From Cobetia sp. cqz5-12 (GTDB lineage Bacteria > Pseudomonadota > Gammaproteobacteria > Pseudomonadales > Halomonadaceae): DNA of 32,000 nt. Positions 9,901 to 17,030 of the stretch are shown piece by piece (positions within the stretch are counted from its first letter, which is position 1; every line of letters starts with the position of its first letter). Both the position numbers and the translations under genes were made by a program. Under the pieces are notes generated by a model. The model saw only the letters and a list, made by a program, of their open reading frames with translations. It had not been told where the DNA came from and did not search any database. The DNA lies in the NCBI RefSeq assembly GCF_016495405.1, contig NZ_CP044522.1, positions 2,991,638-3,023,637 of the forward strand, written 5' to 3'.

Positions 9901-10891
9901 CCACGCCTCCCGTGGCGCCCGGCAGCCAGAAGCCGCCCAGGTGATGGCACTGCTGCTCCAGCCAGCGCAACAGCTCGATCTGCAGCGTCAGGCAGGCACG
10001 TGCCCAGACGCGGTCACGATGACTGTCCTTGACGCTCAGGCGAATGGCCATGACCGACAGCTGACGGTGATCGATTTCCTCTTCGCGCAGCGGCGCGCTG
10101 TCCAATGACAGGGTCCGTGAGATGGCGCCCTGCGGCGTCATGGCACTCATGGTCTCGCTCTTGCCATCAGACCAGTAGCGAGCCAGCTGCAGGAAGCCGG
10201 GGTCCGGCTGCTGACCGGATAGCGCCAGCTGCTGCAGGAAGGCATTGAACTGCTCGTGGGCCGCGGCCGACTGCCCGCCTTCGGCCAGCTGACGCACAAG
10301 GCGCTCATGGAAGGGGCCGTAACCGGAGAAGCGGCTGACCAGCGTGCGCAGCACGTCATCGGGCAGTGGTTCGTCCGTGGCCAGCACCCGCTCGGCGAAC
10401 TGGATGACGCGCTGACGCCACTCGCCACGCACCTTGATCATCCAGCGCTGGAAGTCCGGGCACTGGGTCAAGGAGAGCTCCTCGACCAGATCGCCGCGAT
10501 ACAGGGTGAGAATCTCTCCCAGGGTGGCGACTGAGGGCGGGGCCAGCAGCAGGCCGTTGAGCTCGTCGAGATCAAGCTCCCAATGCTCCGGCACTGACAG
10601 CGCGATGGTCTGGCGCGACACCGTCAACAGGTTGTCGGCCTCTTCGCCGAGACTCTGACGCAGACAATGCAAGGCGTGGCGAAGGTTGGTCCGTCCGGAG
10701 GACAGCCCCTGATCCGGCCAGAGCAACTCCGCCAACCCGGCACGGGAGACGGCCTGATCATGCAGCAGCAGATGCAGAAGTAGCGCCTTGACCTTGTCGT
10801 AGCTGAACTGAGTCAGCGTGTCATCACCCAACGTCAGCTGGAAATGTCCCAGCAGTGCCAGTTGAGCTTGACCAGATGTTTCCTGCGTCAT
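6977..10891 (-). CDS. Large STAND-type signalling regulator: OmpR/SARP-like winged helix + BTAD, degenerate class III cyclase-homology domain, AAA_16-type P-loop NTPase, C-terminal TPR-like repeats
   Basis: 1,304-aa uninterrupted ORF. N-terminus: LLGHFQL, YDKVKALLLHLLL, GRTNLRHALHCLRQSL (wHTH) and LYRGDLVEEL...FHERLVRQL (BTAD-like). Walker A GNSGMGKS lies at nt 9377-9400 and Walker B LVMMIDDLQWLD at nt 8999-9034. AAA_16-family signature helices are present (GVPLYLQEI, FTHQLIQEAAY), followed by about 600 aa of helical repeats. Domain calls are by eye, not by HMM. Confidence 0.85.
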   Translation of the reverse strand: MTQETSGQAQLALLGHFQLTLGDDTLTQFSYDKVKALLLHLLLHDQAVSRAGLAELLWPDQGLSSGRTNLRHALHCLRQSLGEEADNLLTVSRQTIALSVPEHWELDLDELNGLLLAPPSVATLGEILTLYRGDLVEELSLTQCPDFQRWMIKVRGEWRQRVIQFAERVLATDEPLPDDVLRTLVSRFSGYGPFHERLVRQLAEGGQSAAAHEQFNAFLQQLALSGQQPDPGFLQLARYWSDGKSETMSAMTPQGAISRTLSLDSAPLREEEIDHRQLSVMAIRLSVKDSHRDRVWARACLTLQIELLRWLEQQCHHLGGFWLPGATGGVGLACFGTHGPAHQLAELVALYEHCSKAIPDEIAKLWDGEGKPPAFSLSAGLHSGQVIYLPERQLADPLGQVTQYSLELMTAAEGSELVISQEASQHMPPALDLQPRLTSRLLAADGRVRLRALVLGSSVGTRESSLPTLIGREGELRRLRDALARASIGLRQSVLVSGNSGMGKSALMVNFRQLEQSQDVGLCWMPTTRLSQLEPYSVVTALIRWRLDGNIDRESVEQLFESSEALQGISEEVRRSFHAVLGTAEDTAEDEVLIQSSETVERVVRVLHLVIEKSASLRPLVMMIDDLQWLDEPSLKVLAGLQARLPINIGFMLAASHNGRDSLAVKLNWDQHIALGRLDPMQVSRLLSHLSRRYRLHLSPRMRSQLIERCDGVPLYLQEICRRLDMDRREGRPVQLDELPKGLIGLLSSRIDQLEEGRDVAHAAAVLGRVFKLSFVRQSCEFEEGRLKRAIENMQRLEIIEACSSDSEFDYQFTHQLIQEAAYLSCPRDVRRRIHHQVVALIEDKYPAWISRHPGYFAVHLRKSQNFSRAARYFELSAREALKISANRTALKMADNGLACLKHVEGQEEREVSLLTVRGQSGFALEGHGSRIAHESFVQARNLLSSPALVEDDEPDLEQAFIVKWGLWVGCSERHAHADAFALASGLSELAEELSDDRYRRLADYARAHCEFWAGRVRVAGEHLDEIDPVNHPMVLEWLPFSDHPQVAASCLQSWTSCLRCDYVKAEQQAEAAIRMAEQIGQPGSLAMALMFSTSLYRQLGHTHLATQRAERALEVTRSADLHLWHMAAHGVLGWARAMNGDRDGLSMLQSSMNEFAELTGRERHQRPNLWYMDAVMALDEHAAAEEYMEKVLLVAQERNSFYLSEVSYLVASLRSAQGLPLEKVRSLIEQGLSYSIEQENTHHEAMGLATWLRLVDAHDAERCQRLKVLLEELPSADAPAVLGWHQLVEIAEGRARRKASSPA

Positions 10892-10969
10892 GTGTCATCC
10901 ATTTCAAAGTCGCGAACGAAACGCCAGCCCTGCCACGGCGCCGGTGATCCCCTGTCCTTGATCCTTGCC

Positions 10970-11794
10970 TTAGTCTCTCGTGCCTTGATCCATCGCGTCC
11001 CGACCCACCCTGGCCGAGGCGCGCGCTGCCCGTCGTGCGCTCGGCTGACCACTGTGGAAGCGGAAGACAGCGTCGGGGGTTTCGATCAGCTCTCGTTCCA
11101 CTTCACGTAGCACCGCGAGACGGGGTTCCAGTGGTTCATTGGTGTATTGCTCTGCCAACATGAGGTAATCCTCATAGTGACGTCCTTCTGACTTAACCAA
11201 AGTGCGATAGAACTTTGCAAGCTCTGGTTCCAGATACGGGATGAGGCGCGCGAAGCGCTCACACGACCTTGCCTCTATCAGGGCGCCGATCAGCAGGATG
11301 TCCACCAGGCGTTGCGGGTCTTCGTCCCTGACCTGCTGGCGCAGGCCTTCGGCATAGCGCGAGGCCTTGATATGCCGATAGACGATGCCCCGCTTCTCCA
11401 TCAGCCCGACTACCTGCTCGAAGTGCAGCAGCTCCTCGCGCGCCAGCTGTGACATCTTGGTCAACAACAGTGGCCGGTTCACGTAGCGGTACATCAGGCT
11501 CATGGCGGTGGAGGCGGCTTTCTTCTCGCACTGCGCATGGTCGATCAGCAGCAGTTCCGGATTCTCAAGCGCCGCCTCGACCCAGCTCAGGGGCGTCCTG
11601 CAGGGCAGAAAGGCCAGCAGCGACGCCGGCAGCAAGGCATCGGTATCTTCATCATTTGGCCCTTGCGGCGCTGCGATCACGCGTGGCTCAGCCTCACTCT
11701 CGCCATACTGTTCAGCATGGGCATCATCATGCTGCCTGCTCTGCTCAGGCGCAATCACATTGCGCTCGGTCACGTCGTTCATTGAATTCATCAT
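10970..11794 (-). CDS. miaE: tRNA-(ms2io6A37)-hydroxylase (diiron, ferritin-like)
   Basis: Core from LLAFLPCRTPLSWVEAALENPELLLIDHAQCEKKAASTA through EARSCERF and VKSEGRHYEDY resembles MiaE, with paired E...ExxH-like diiron ligand regions. I place the start at the ATGATG at 11794, 4 nt after the upstream gene's stop. The roughly 60-aa acidic N-terminal extension is unusual. Confidence 0.82.
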   Translation of the reverse strand: MMNSMNDVTERNVIAPEQSRQHDDAHAEQYGESEAEPRVIAAPQGPNDEDTDALLPASLLAFLPCRTPLSWVEAALENPELLLIDHAQCEKKAASTAMSLMYRYVNRPLLLTKMSQLAREELLHFEQVVGLMEKRGIVYRHIKASRYAEGLRQQVRDEDPQRLVDILLIGALIEARSCERFARLIPYLEPELAKFYRTLVKSEGRHYEDYLMLAEQYTNEPLEPRLAVLREVERELIETPDAVFRFHSGQPSARRAARASARVGRDAMDQGTRD

Positions 11795-11798
11795 CACG

Positions 11799-12293
11799 TC
11801 AGTCTTTTGTCTCGCTCGCTTGCGTCTGCTGCTGACTGACAGGAGACACCTCAACGACGGAGCTCATCTCATTATCGGCACGCTTTGCCGCTTCCACCAT
11901 GATTTCATCGTTTATCTGGGCAAAAAGCCGTTCGGGCTCAAGTTCTCGCGCATGGTCCAGTGGCGCGATGCCATACGCTGACAGGTCCTTGATGCGGGTA
12001 CGCCCGACGCGCAGCAGCTCAACGGCGCGTGACAGCGCCGATTGATCGGCACGGAAACGGATGCGATGGCGGGTCAGCTGCTCGGCCAGCATGGCGTCAT
12101 CAGCGACACGCAGCCAGCGGGCGGCGACCTGACTGCGCAGCTCGTCCAGTGCCAGCATGCGCTCGGCGCGCTGGTCACTGTCATAGCCGAACCAGGCGAG
12201 GATCTCATGATCATGACGCTGGCAGCCGCGACAGACGCTATCGCCGACCGTAGTGGAACAGACACCTACGCAAGGAGAAAGAATACGGCTCAT
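11799..12293 (-). CDS. DUF1289 (YdhL-like) Cys-rich putative Fe-S/metal-binding protein with a roughly 100-aa C-terminal extension
   Basis: SPCVGVCSTTVGDSVCRGCQRHDHEILAW matches the DUF1289 SPCxxxC...CxGCxR..EIxxW signature. The ATG at 12293 (MSRILSPC...) places the motif at the N-terminus as in family members. The stop is 4 nt from the miaE start. Confidence 0.7.
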   Translation of the reverse strand: MSRILSPCVGVCSTTVGDSVCRGCQRHDHEILAWFGYDSDQRAERMLALDELRSQVAARWLRVADDAMLAEQLTRHRIRFRADQSALSRAVELLRVGRTRIKDLSAYGIAPLDHARELEPERLFAQINDEIMVEAAKRADNEMSSVVEVSPVSQQQTQASETKD

Positions 12294-12544
12294 GTGGCCC
12301 TCGGGGGAGGCGGAAAGTGTGATTCGGGGTAACACCATCATACCGTGCGCACCTGAGAGCCGACAGCATCGCGCCGTCAGTGCCGAAAGGACCTCGCGTC
12401 AACACCGCGCTGGACGTCATCAGCGCGTCATCAGCGTTGCCGCATAGTGTTTGCTCAGCGTGATTTCCTGACAATCAGATGAAATATCAGAATGTTATGT
12501 CGCAATGGGCGACCAAAGTCTCAGCCCCCGCCATTGGGCGCTCC

Positions 12545-12573
12545 TTAACATTGTCGACAAAGTTGAGTAGACT
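12545..12573 (+). promoter_or_regulatory. Candidate sigma70 promoter for acnB
   Basis: TTAACA (12545-12550), a 17-nt spacer, then TAGACT (12568-12573) in the AT-richer part of the 419-bp divergent intergenic region. This implies a 5-prime UTR of about 130 nt. Hexamer match only. Confidence 0.3.
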
Positions 12574-12712
12574 CGCATTCGCCCCGTAGCGCCTGATTCG
12601 CTCGCAATAAGACGCTTGAATTACCCGCAAGAAGCCTCGAGGTGCCCCGCCCTGCGTCTTCAAGACGACTGGCCCGCGCATTTCGACACGATTACAGATG
12701 AGGGTCTCCCAC

Positions 12713-15316
12713 GTGCTTGAAGCCTACCGTCAACAGGTTGAAGAACGCGCCCAGCAGGGCATCCCGGCAAAGCCGCTGACTGCCGAGCAGACCGCCGAGC
12801 TGGTCGAACTGCTCAAGAATCCGCAGGCCGGTGAAGAAGAGTTCATCCTCGATCTGTTCACCAATCGCATTCCCCCGGGCGTTGATGAAGCCGCTTACGT
12901 CAAGGCTGGCTTCCTGACCGCCATCGTACGTGGCGAAGCCGCTTCTCCGCTGATCGACAAGACACATGCCGTCAAGCTGCTCGGCACCATGCAGGGCGGC
13001 TACAACATCGCCACGCTGGTCGAGCTGCTGGACGATGAAAGCCTGGCCAAGGAAGCCGGCGAACAGCTCAAGCACACCCTGCTGATGTTCGACGCCTTCC
13101 ACGATGTCGCTGACCGCGCCAAGGCCGGCAACGCCGTCGCCCAGGCCGTGCTGCAGTCCTGGGCCGACGCCGAATGGTTCCTGTCCAAGCCGGCGCTGGC
13201 CGAGAAGATCTCGCTGGCCGTCTTCAAGGTGCCGGGCGAGACCAACACCGATGACCTGTCTCCGGCGCCTGACGCCTGGTCACGTCCGGACATCCCGCTG
13301 CACGCCAACGCGATGCTCAAGAACCCGCGTGAAGGCATCAACCCGCAGGAAGATGGCGTCGTCGGCCCGCTGGCCCAGATCGAGGAAGTGAAGGCCAAGG
13401 GCTTCCCGGTCGCCTACGTCGGTGACGTGGTCGGTACCGGTTCTTCCCGCAAGTCCGCCACCAACTCCGTGCTGTGGTTCTTCGGCGATGACATCCCGTT
13501 CGTGCCCAACAAGCGCGCCGGCGGCTTCTGCATCGGCAACAAGATCGCACCGATCTTCTTCAACACCATGGAAGATGCCGGTGCCCTGCCCATTGAGATG
13601 GACGTCGAGAAGATGGCCATGGGCGATGTCATCGACATCTACCCGTACGAAGGCAAGGTCTGCCGTCACGACACCGACGAAGTCGTCTCCACCTTCTCTC
13701 TCAAGACCCAGGTCCTGCTGGACGAAGTGCGTGCTGGCGGTCGTATCCCGCTGATCATCGGTCGCGGTCTGACCGACAAGGCGCGTACCGAGCTGGGTCT
13801 GGAGGCGTCTGACGTCTTCCGCCTGCCGGAGCAGCCGAAGGACACCGGCAAGGGCTTCACCCTCGCACAGAAGATGGTCGGCAAGGCCTGCAACCTGGAA
13901 GGCGTGCGTCCGGGCATGTACTGCGAGCCGAAGATGACCACCGTCGGCTCCCAGGACACCACTGGCCCGATGACCCGCGACGAGCTGAAGGATCTGGCAT
14001 GTCTGGGCTTCCAGGCCGATCTGGTGATGCAGTCCTTCTGCCACACCGCTGCCTACCCGAAGCCGGTCGACGTCGAGACCCACCACACCCTGCCCGACTT
14101 CATCATGAACCGCGGCGGCGTTTCCCTGCGTCCGGGCGACGGCATCATCCACTCGTGGCTGAACCGCATGCTGCTGCCAGACACCGTCGGCACCGGTGGT
14201 GATTCCCACACCCGCTTCCCGATGGGCATCTCCTTCCCGGCGGGCTCTGGCCTGGTGGCCTTCGCCGCCGCCACTGGCGTGATGCCGCTGGACATGCCGG
14301 AATCCATCCTGGTGCGCTTCAAGGGCGAACGTCGTCCGGGCATCACCCTGCGTGACCTGGTCCACGCCATCCCGCTGTACGCCATCAAGCAGGGCCTGCT
14401 GACCGTCGACAAGGCCAACAAGAAGAACGCCTTCTCTGGCCGCATTCTGGAAATCGAAGGTCTGGAAGATCTGACGGCCGAACAGGCATTCGAGCTGTCC
14501 GACGCCTCTGCGGAGCGTTCCGCCGCCGGTTGTACCATCACACTGTCCGACGAGAGCGTGACCGAGTACCTGACCTCCAACATCACCCTGCTCAAGTGGA
14601 TGATCGCCAACGGTTACGGCGATGCCCGTACCATCGAGCGCCGTATCGCCGGCATGGAAGAGTGGCTGGCCAACCCGAGCCAGATGCGTGCCGACAAGGA
14701 CGCGGAATACGCCGAGATCATCGAGATCGACCTCGCCGAGATCGATCAGCCGGTGCTGTGCGCGCCGAACGACCCCGATGATGCCCGTCTGCTGTCCGAC
14801 GTCGCCGGTCAGAAGATCGACGAAGTCTTCATCGGCTCGTGCATGACTAACATCGGTCACTTCCGCGCGGCAGGCAAGCTGCTCGAGAAGCAGCCGGCCG
14901 GCAGCCTGAAGACCAAACTGTGGCTGGCACCGCCGACCAAGATGGACCAGCACCAGCTGACCGAGGAAGGCTACTACGGCATCTACGGCCGTGCCGGCGC
15001 GCGCATGGAAATGCCGGGCTGCTCACTGTGCATGGGTAACCAGGCACGTGTGGCTGCCAAGTCCACCGTGGTGTCCACCTCCACGCGCAACTTCCCGAAC
15101 CGTCTGGGCGACGGCGCCAACGTCTTCCTGGCGTCTGCCGAACTTGCCGCCATCGCGGCCGTGGTCGGTCGTCTGCCGACCGTCGAGGAATACCAGGGCT
15201 ACATGGGCGAATTCGATGCCATGGCGGGCGAGATCTATCGCTACCTGAACTTCCATGAGATCGAAGAGTTCCAGAACGCCGCCTCCAACGTGATTCCGGT
15301 CACCCAGGAAGCCTGA
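12713..15316 (+). CDS. acnB: Aconitate hydratase B / 2-methylisocitrate dehydratase
   Basis: Collinear with E. coli AcnB from the first residues ([21 protein letters not shown]; [16 protein letters not shown]; [18 protein letters not shown]), with Fe-S ligand regions GSCMTNIGH and [12 protein letters not shown]. The GTG at 12713 with GAGG about 9 nt upstream aligns best. The in-frame ATG at 12698 is the alternative start. Confidence 0.95.
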   Translation: MLEAYRQQVEERAQQGIPAKPLTAEQTAELVELLKNPQAGEEEFILDLFTNRIPPGVDEAAYVKAGFLTAIVRGEAASPLIDKTHAVKLLGTMQGGYNIATLVELLDDESLAKEAGEQLKHTLLMFDAFHDVADRAKAGNAVAQAVLQSWADAEWFLSKPALAEKISLAVFKVPGETNTDDLSPAPDAWSRPDIPLHANAMLKNPREGINPQEDGVVGPLAQIEEVKAKGFPVAYVGDVVGTGSSRKSATNSVLWFFGDDIPFVPNKRAGGFCIGNKIAPIFFNTMEDAGALPIEMDVEKMAMGDVIDIYPYEGKVCRHDTDEVVSTFSLKTQVLLDEVRAGGRIPLIIGRGLTDKARTELGLEASDVFRLPEQPKDTGKGFTLAQKMVGKACNLEGVRPGMYCEPKMTTVGSQDTTGPMTRDELKDLACLGFQADLVMQSFCHTAAYPKPVDVETHHTLPDFIMNRGGVSLRPGDGIIHSWLNRMLLPDTVGTGGDSHTRFPMGISFPAGSGLVAFAAATGVMPLDMPESILVRFKGERRPGITLRDLVHAIPLYAIKQGLLTVDKANKKNAFSGRILEIEGLEDLTAEQAFELSDASAERSAAGCTITLSDESVTEYLTSNITLLKWMIANGYGDARTIERRIAGMEEWLANPSQMRADKDAEYAEIIEIDLAEIDQPVLCAPNDPDDARLLSDVAGQKIDEVFIGSCMTNIGHFRAAGKLLEKQPAGSLKTKLWLAPPTKMDQHQLTEEGYYGIYGRAGARMEMPGCSLCMGNQARVAAKSTVVSTSTRNFPNRLGDGANVFLASAELAAIAAVVGRLPTVEEYQGYMGEFDAMAGEIYRYLNFHEIEEFQNAASNVIPVTQEA

Positions 15317-15324
15317 TCAGGCGG

Positions 15325-15350
15325 GGAGTCATGCGCCGCCGCATGACTCC
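15325..15350 (+). other. Perfect 11-bp stem / 4-nt loop hairpin in the acnB 3-prime UTR
   Basis: GGAGTCATGCG (15325-15335) pairs with CGCATGACTCC (15340-15350). It starts 9 nt after the acnB stop and has no U-run, so it is not itself a terminator. Confidence 0.6.
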
Positions 15351-15365
15351 TCTCTGGCATCAGCA

Positions 15366-15395
15366 TTGGCGTCATGCCAACTGGCGTCATGCCAG
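15366..15395 (+). repeat. Two adjacent 15-bp palindromic units sharing the 13-mer TGGCGTCATGCCA
   Basis: TTGGCGTCATGCCAA (15366-15380) and CTGGCGTCATGCCAG (15381-15395). Each has 5-bp arms around GTCAT. The GTCATGC core also occurs in both arms of the upstream hairpin. Confidence 0.6.
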
Positions 15396-15400
15396 ACAAC

Positions 15401-15437
15401 GAAACGGGCCGCCCCTCAAGGGACGGCCCGTTTTTTC
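15401..15437. terminator. Bidirectional Rho-independent terminator between convergent acnB and the OMP gene
   Basis: ACGGGCCG (15404-15411) pairs with CGGCCCGT (15424-15431), followed by TTTTTT. A shorter A-run precedes the stem. Confidence 0.8.
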
Positions 15438-15475
15438 ATGCCTGCGACAAGCTCGGTGGGCGCAAGCGCCCTGCC

Positions 15476-16096
15476 TCAGAACTTGTAGCCGACCGAGGCG
15501 GTGAAGGCATCCACCTGATAATCGCTGTCGAAGTCATAGCGCTCGTACTCGGCACGGATCAGGAACGGGTCCAGATTGACCTGGGCACCGGCACCATAGA
15601 CCGGATCAAAGCCGTCGTTGTCCTTCAGATCGACGCTGGAATTGCCCAGATTGCCATCGACATCGGTTTCCCACTTGGCCATCCCCGCCTTGGCGAACAG
15701 CGAGAAGTACTGGCCGATCGGCAGGATACCCACCACGTTGACACCATAGGCCTTGGACTTGAGATCGGTATTGCTGAAGTCATTGCCCTTGAGCTGGACG
15801 GTTCCCAGGTCGGTGTAGAAGGCTTCGGTAGCGAAGTACGGATTGTACTGATAGCCCACGAAGGCCTTGTAGACGTTGTCGTCATCGTCGACATCGAAAT
15901 CATCACTGCCTGATTCGATGAAGTCACCGGCCTCATCGGAATCGTCGTTCTTCAGGCTGGAGAAACCGGTACCGGCACCGATGTAGAGCCCTTCGGCGGT
16001 ATTGCCTGCCGCCTGAGCGTGGCCACTGAGCGCCAGAGCGAGAGCGGCGAAGGAAACGGTAGCCAACGGGGCGGCCAGAAGACGTGACTTGCTCAT
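15476..16096 (-). CDS. Small outer-membrane beta-barrel protein (OMP_b-brl/OmpX-like) with an acidic loop
   Basis: ATG at 16096 is preceded by AAGGAG. Signal peptide MSKSRLLAAPLATVSFAALALALSGHAQA|AG. The sequence has alternating aromatic/aliphatic strands and the C-terminal OMP signature ...ASVGYKF. The 89 upstream codons in the ORF track look spurious. Confidence 0.8.
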   Translation of the reverse strand: MSKSRLLAAPLATVSFAALALALSGHAQAAGNTAEGLYIGAGTGFSSLKNDDSDEAGDFIESGSDDFDVDDDDNVYKAFVGYQYNPYFATEAFYTDLGTVQLKGNDFSNTDLKSKAYGVNVVGILPIGQYFSLFAKAGMAKWETDVDGNLGNSSVDLKDNDGFDPVYGAGAQVNLDPFLIRAEYERYDFDSDYQVDAFTASVGYKF

Positions 16097-16430
16097 GTAT
16101 TGCTCCTTGATCCAATGGGCGGCACAGGCAGCTGCCGGCCGGACACTGACGGTAAAACGGCGCCTGTCATGGGTTGCAGAAGCATCGTGGTAGATATAGA
16201 ACAGTGTTTCAAGAGTGGCGTTTTGACTACTTGTCACGTCGCCAGTCAGCAACATGCCCTCGTGTCCTTCCCGCTCCCCCCGCTTGCGCGCGCCCGAGGC
16301 CCGCTTAGCCCTTCGCACAGGTGCAAAGCCCTGGCGTATCGGGCATTCTCGACGTTGTGGCATTGCAGCAATCGCCAGCGCTCCGTTCCCAAGCGACCCT
16401 CACCGGGCCGCCCAGCACAAGGAATCCGAC

Positions 16431-16931
16431 ATGACGCATCCCATCTCCACCCCCGACCTCTGCGATGAGTTCCCCGACGTGCAGGTGCTCGAGCCGCTGT
16501 TCATCAACTACGGCGGCGTCGAGTCCTTTGGCGGCGAAGTCGTGACCATCAAGTGCTTCGAGGACAACTCGCTGGTCAAGGAAGCCGTCGCGGAACCCGG
16601 CGCAGGCCGCGTACTGGTCGTCGATGCAGGCGGTTCGATGCGTTGCGCCATGCTGGGTGACATGCTCGCCGAGCAGGCCGCCAAGAGTGGCTGGGCCGGT
16701 GTCATCATGTATGGCTGCATCCGCGATGTGGACGAGATCCATGCCACCAATCTCGGCGTGCAGGCGCTGGGCTGCTATCCGCGCCCCAGCATCAAGCGCG
16801 GAGAAGGTCAGCGCGACATTCCGGTCACCTTCGCCGGTGTCACCATCGTGCCGGGCGACTACCTCTACGCCGACAACAACGGTATCGTCACCTCGAAGGA
16901 AGCTTTGATCCGCACCCAGCCGACGCCCTGA
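16431..16931 (+). CDS. rraA: Regulator of RNase E activity A (RraA / demethylmenaquinone methyltransferase-like fold)
   Basis: The 166-aa product from the ATG at 16431 is collinear with E. coli RraA ([60 protein letters not shown]). Confidence 0.9.
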   Translation: MTHPISTPDLCDEFPDVQVLEPLFINYGGVESFGGEVVTIKCFEDNSLVKEAVAEPGAGRVLVVDAGGSMRCAMLGDMLAEQAAKSGWAGVIMYGCIRDVDEIHATNLGVQALGCYPRPSIKRGEGQRDIPVTFAGVTIVPGDYLYADNNGIVTSKEALIRTQPTP

Positions 16932-16971
16932 TCGGTTCCCGACCACCGGTCGAACCGTTCAAGCCCCCAAT

Positions 16972-17013
16972 GAAAACGCCCCCGCAACCGTTCTGGCTGC
17001 GGGGGCGTTTTCC
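16972..17013. terminator. Bidirectional Rho-independent terminator between convergent rraA and the symporter gene
   Basis: AAAACGCCCCCGCA (16973-16986) pairs with TGCGGGGGCGTTTT (16998-17011). Confidence 0.82.
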
Positions 17014-17030
17014 TGTCAGTCGTGTCTGTC

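Noticed and set aside
6977-10891. Interpreting the STAND NTPase + TPR protein as an Avs/bNACHT-type antiphage sensor.
   Set aside because: Its N-terminal module reads as a DNA-binding winged helix/BTAD, not a nuclease, protease, TIR, Sir2 or other toxic effector. It sits among core genes, not in a defence island, and no mobile-element or other defence genes are nearby. A transcription-factor role is more parsimonious, but defence cannot be formally excluded from sequence alone.
12470-12488. A Fur-box-like sequence GACAATCAGATGAAATATC upstream of acnB.
   Set aside because: Only about 12 of 19 positions match GATAATGATAATCATTATC by my alignment. That is within the range expected for any AT-rich patch.
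13280-14953. 557-aa ORF on the minus strand.
   Set aside because: It is antisense to acnB and has the same shadow-ORF composition (runs of G/A/R/V/D/H). The AcnB frame is collinear with E. coli AcnB across this region.
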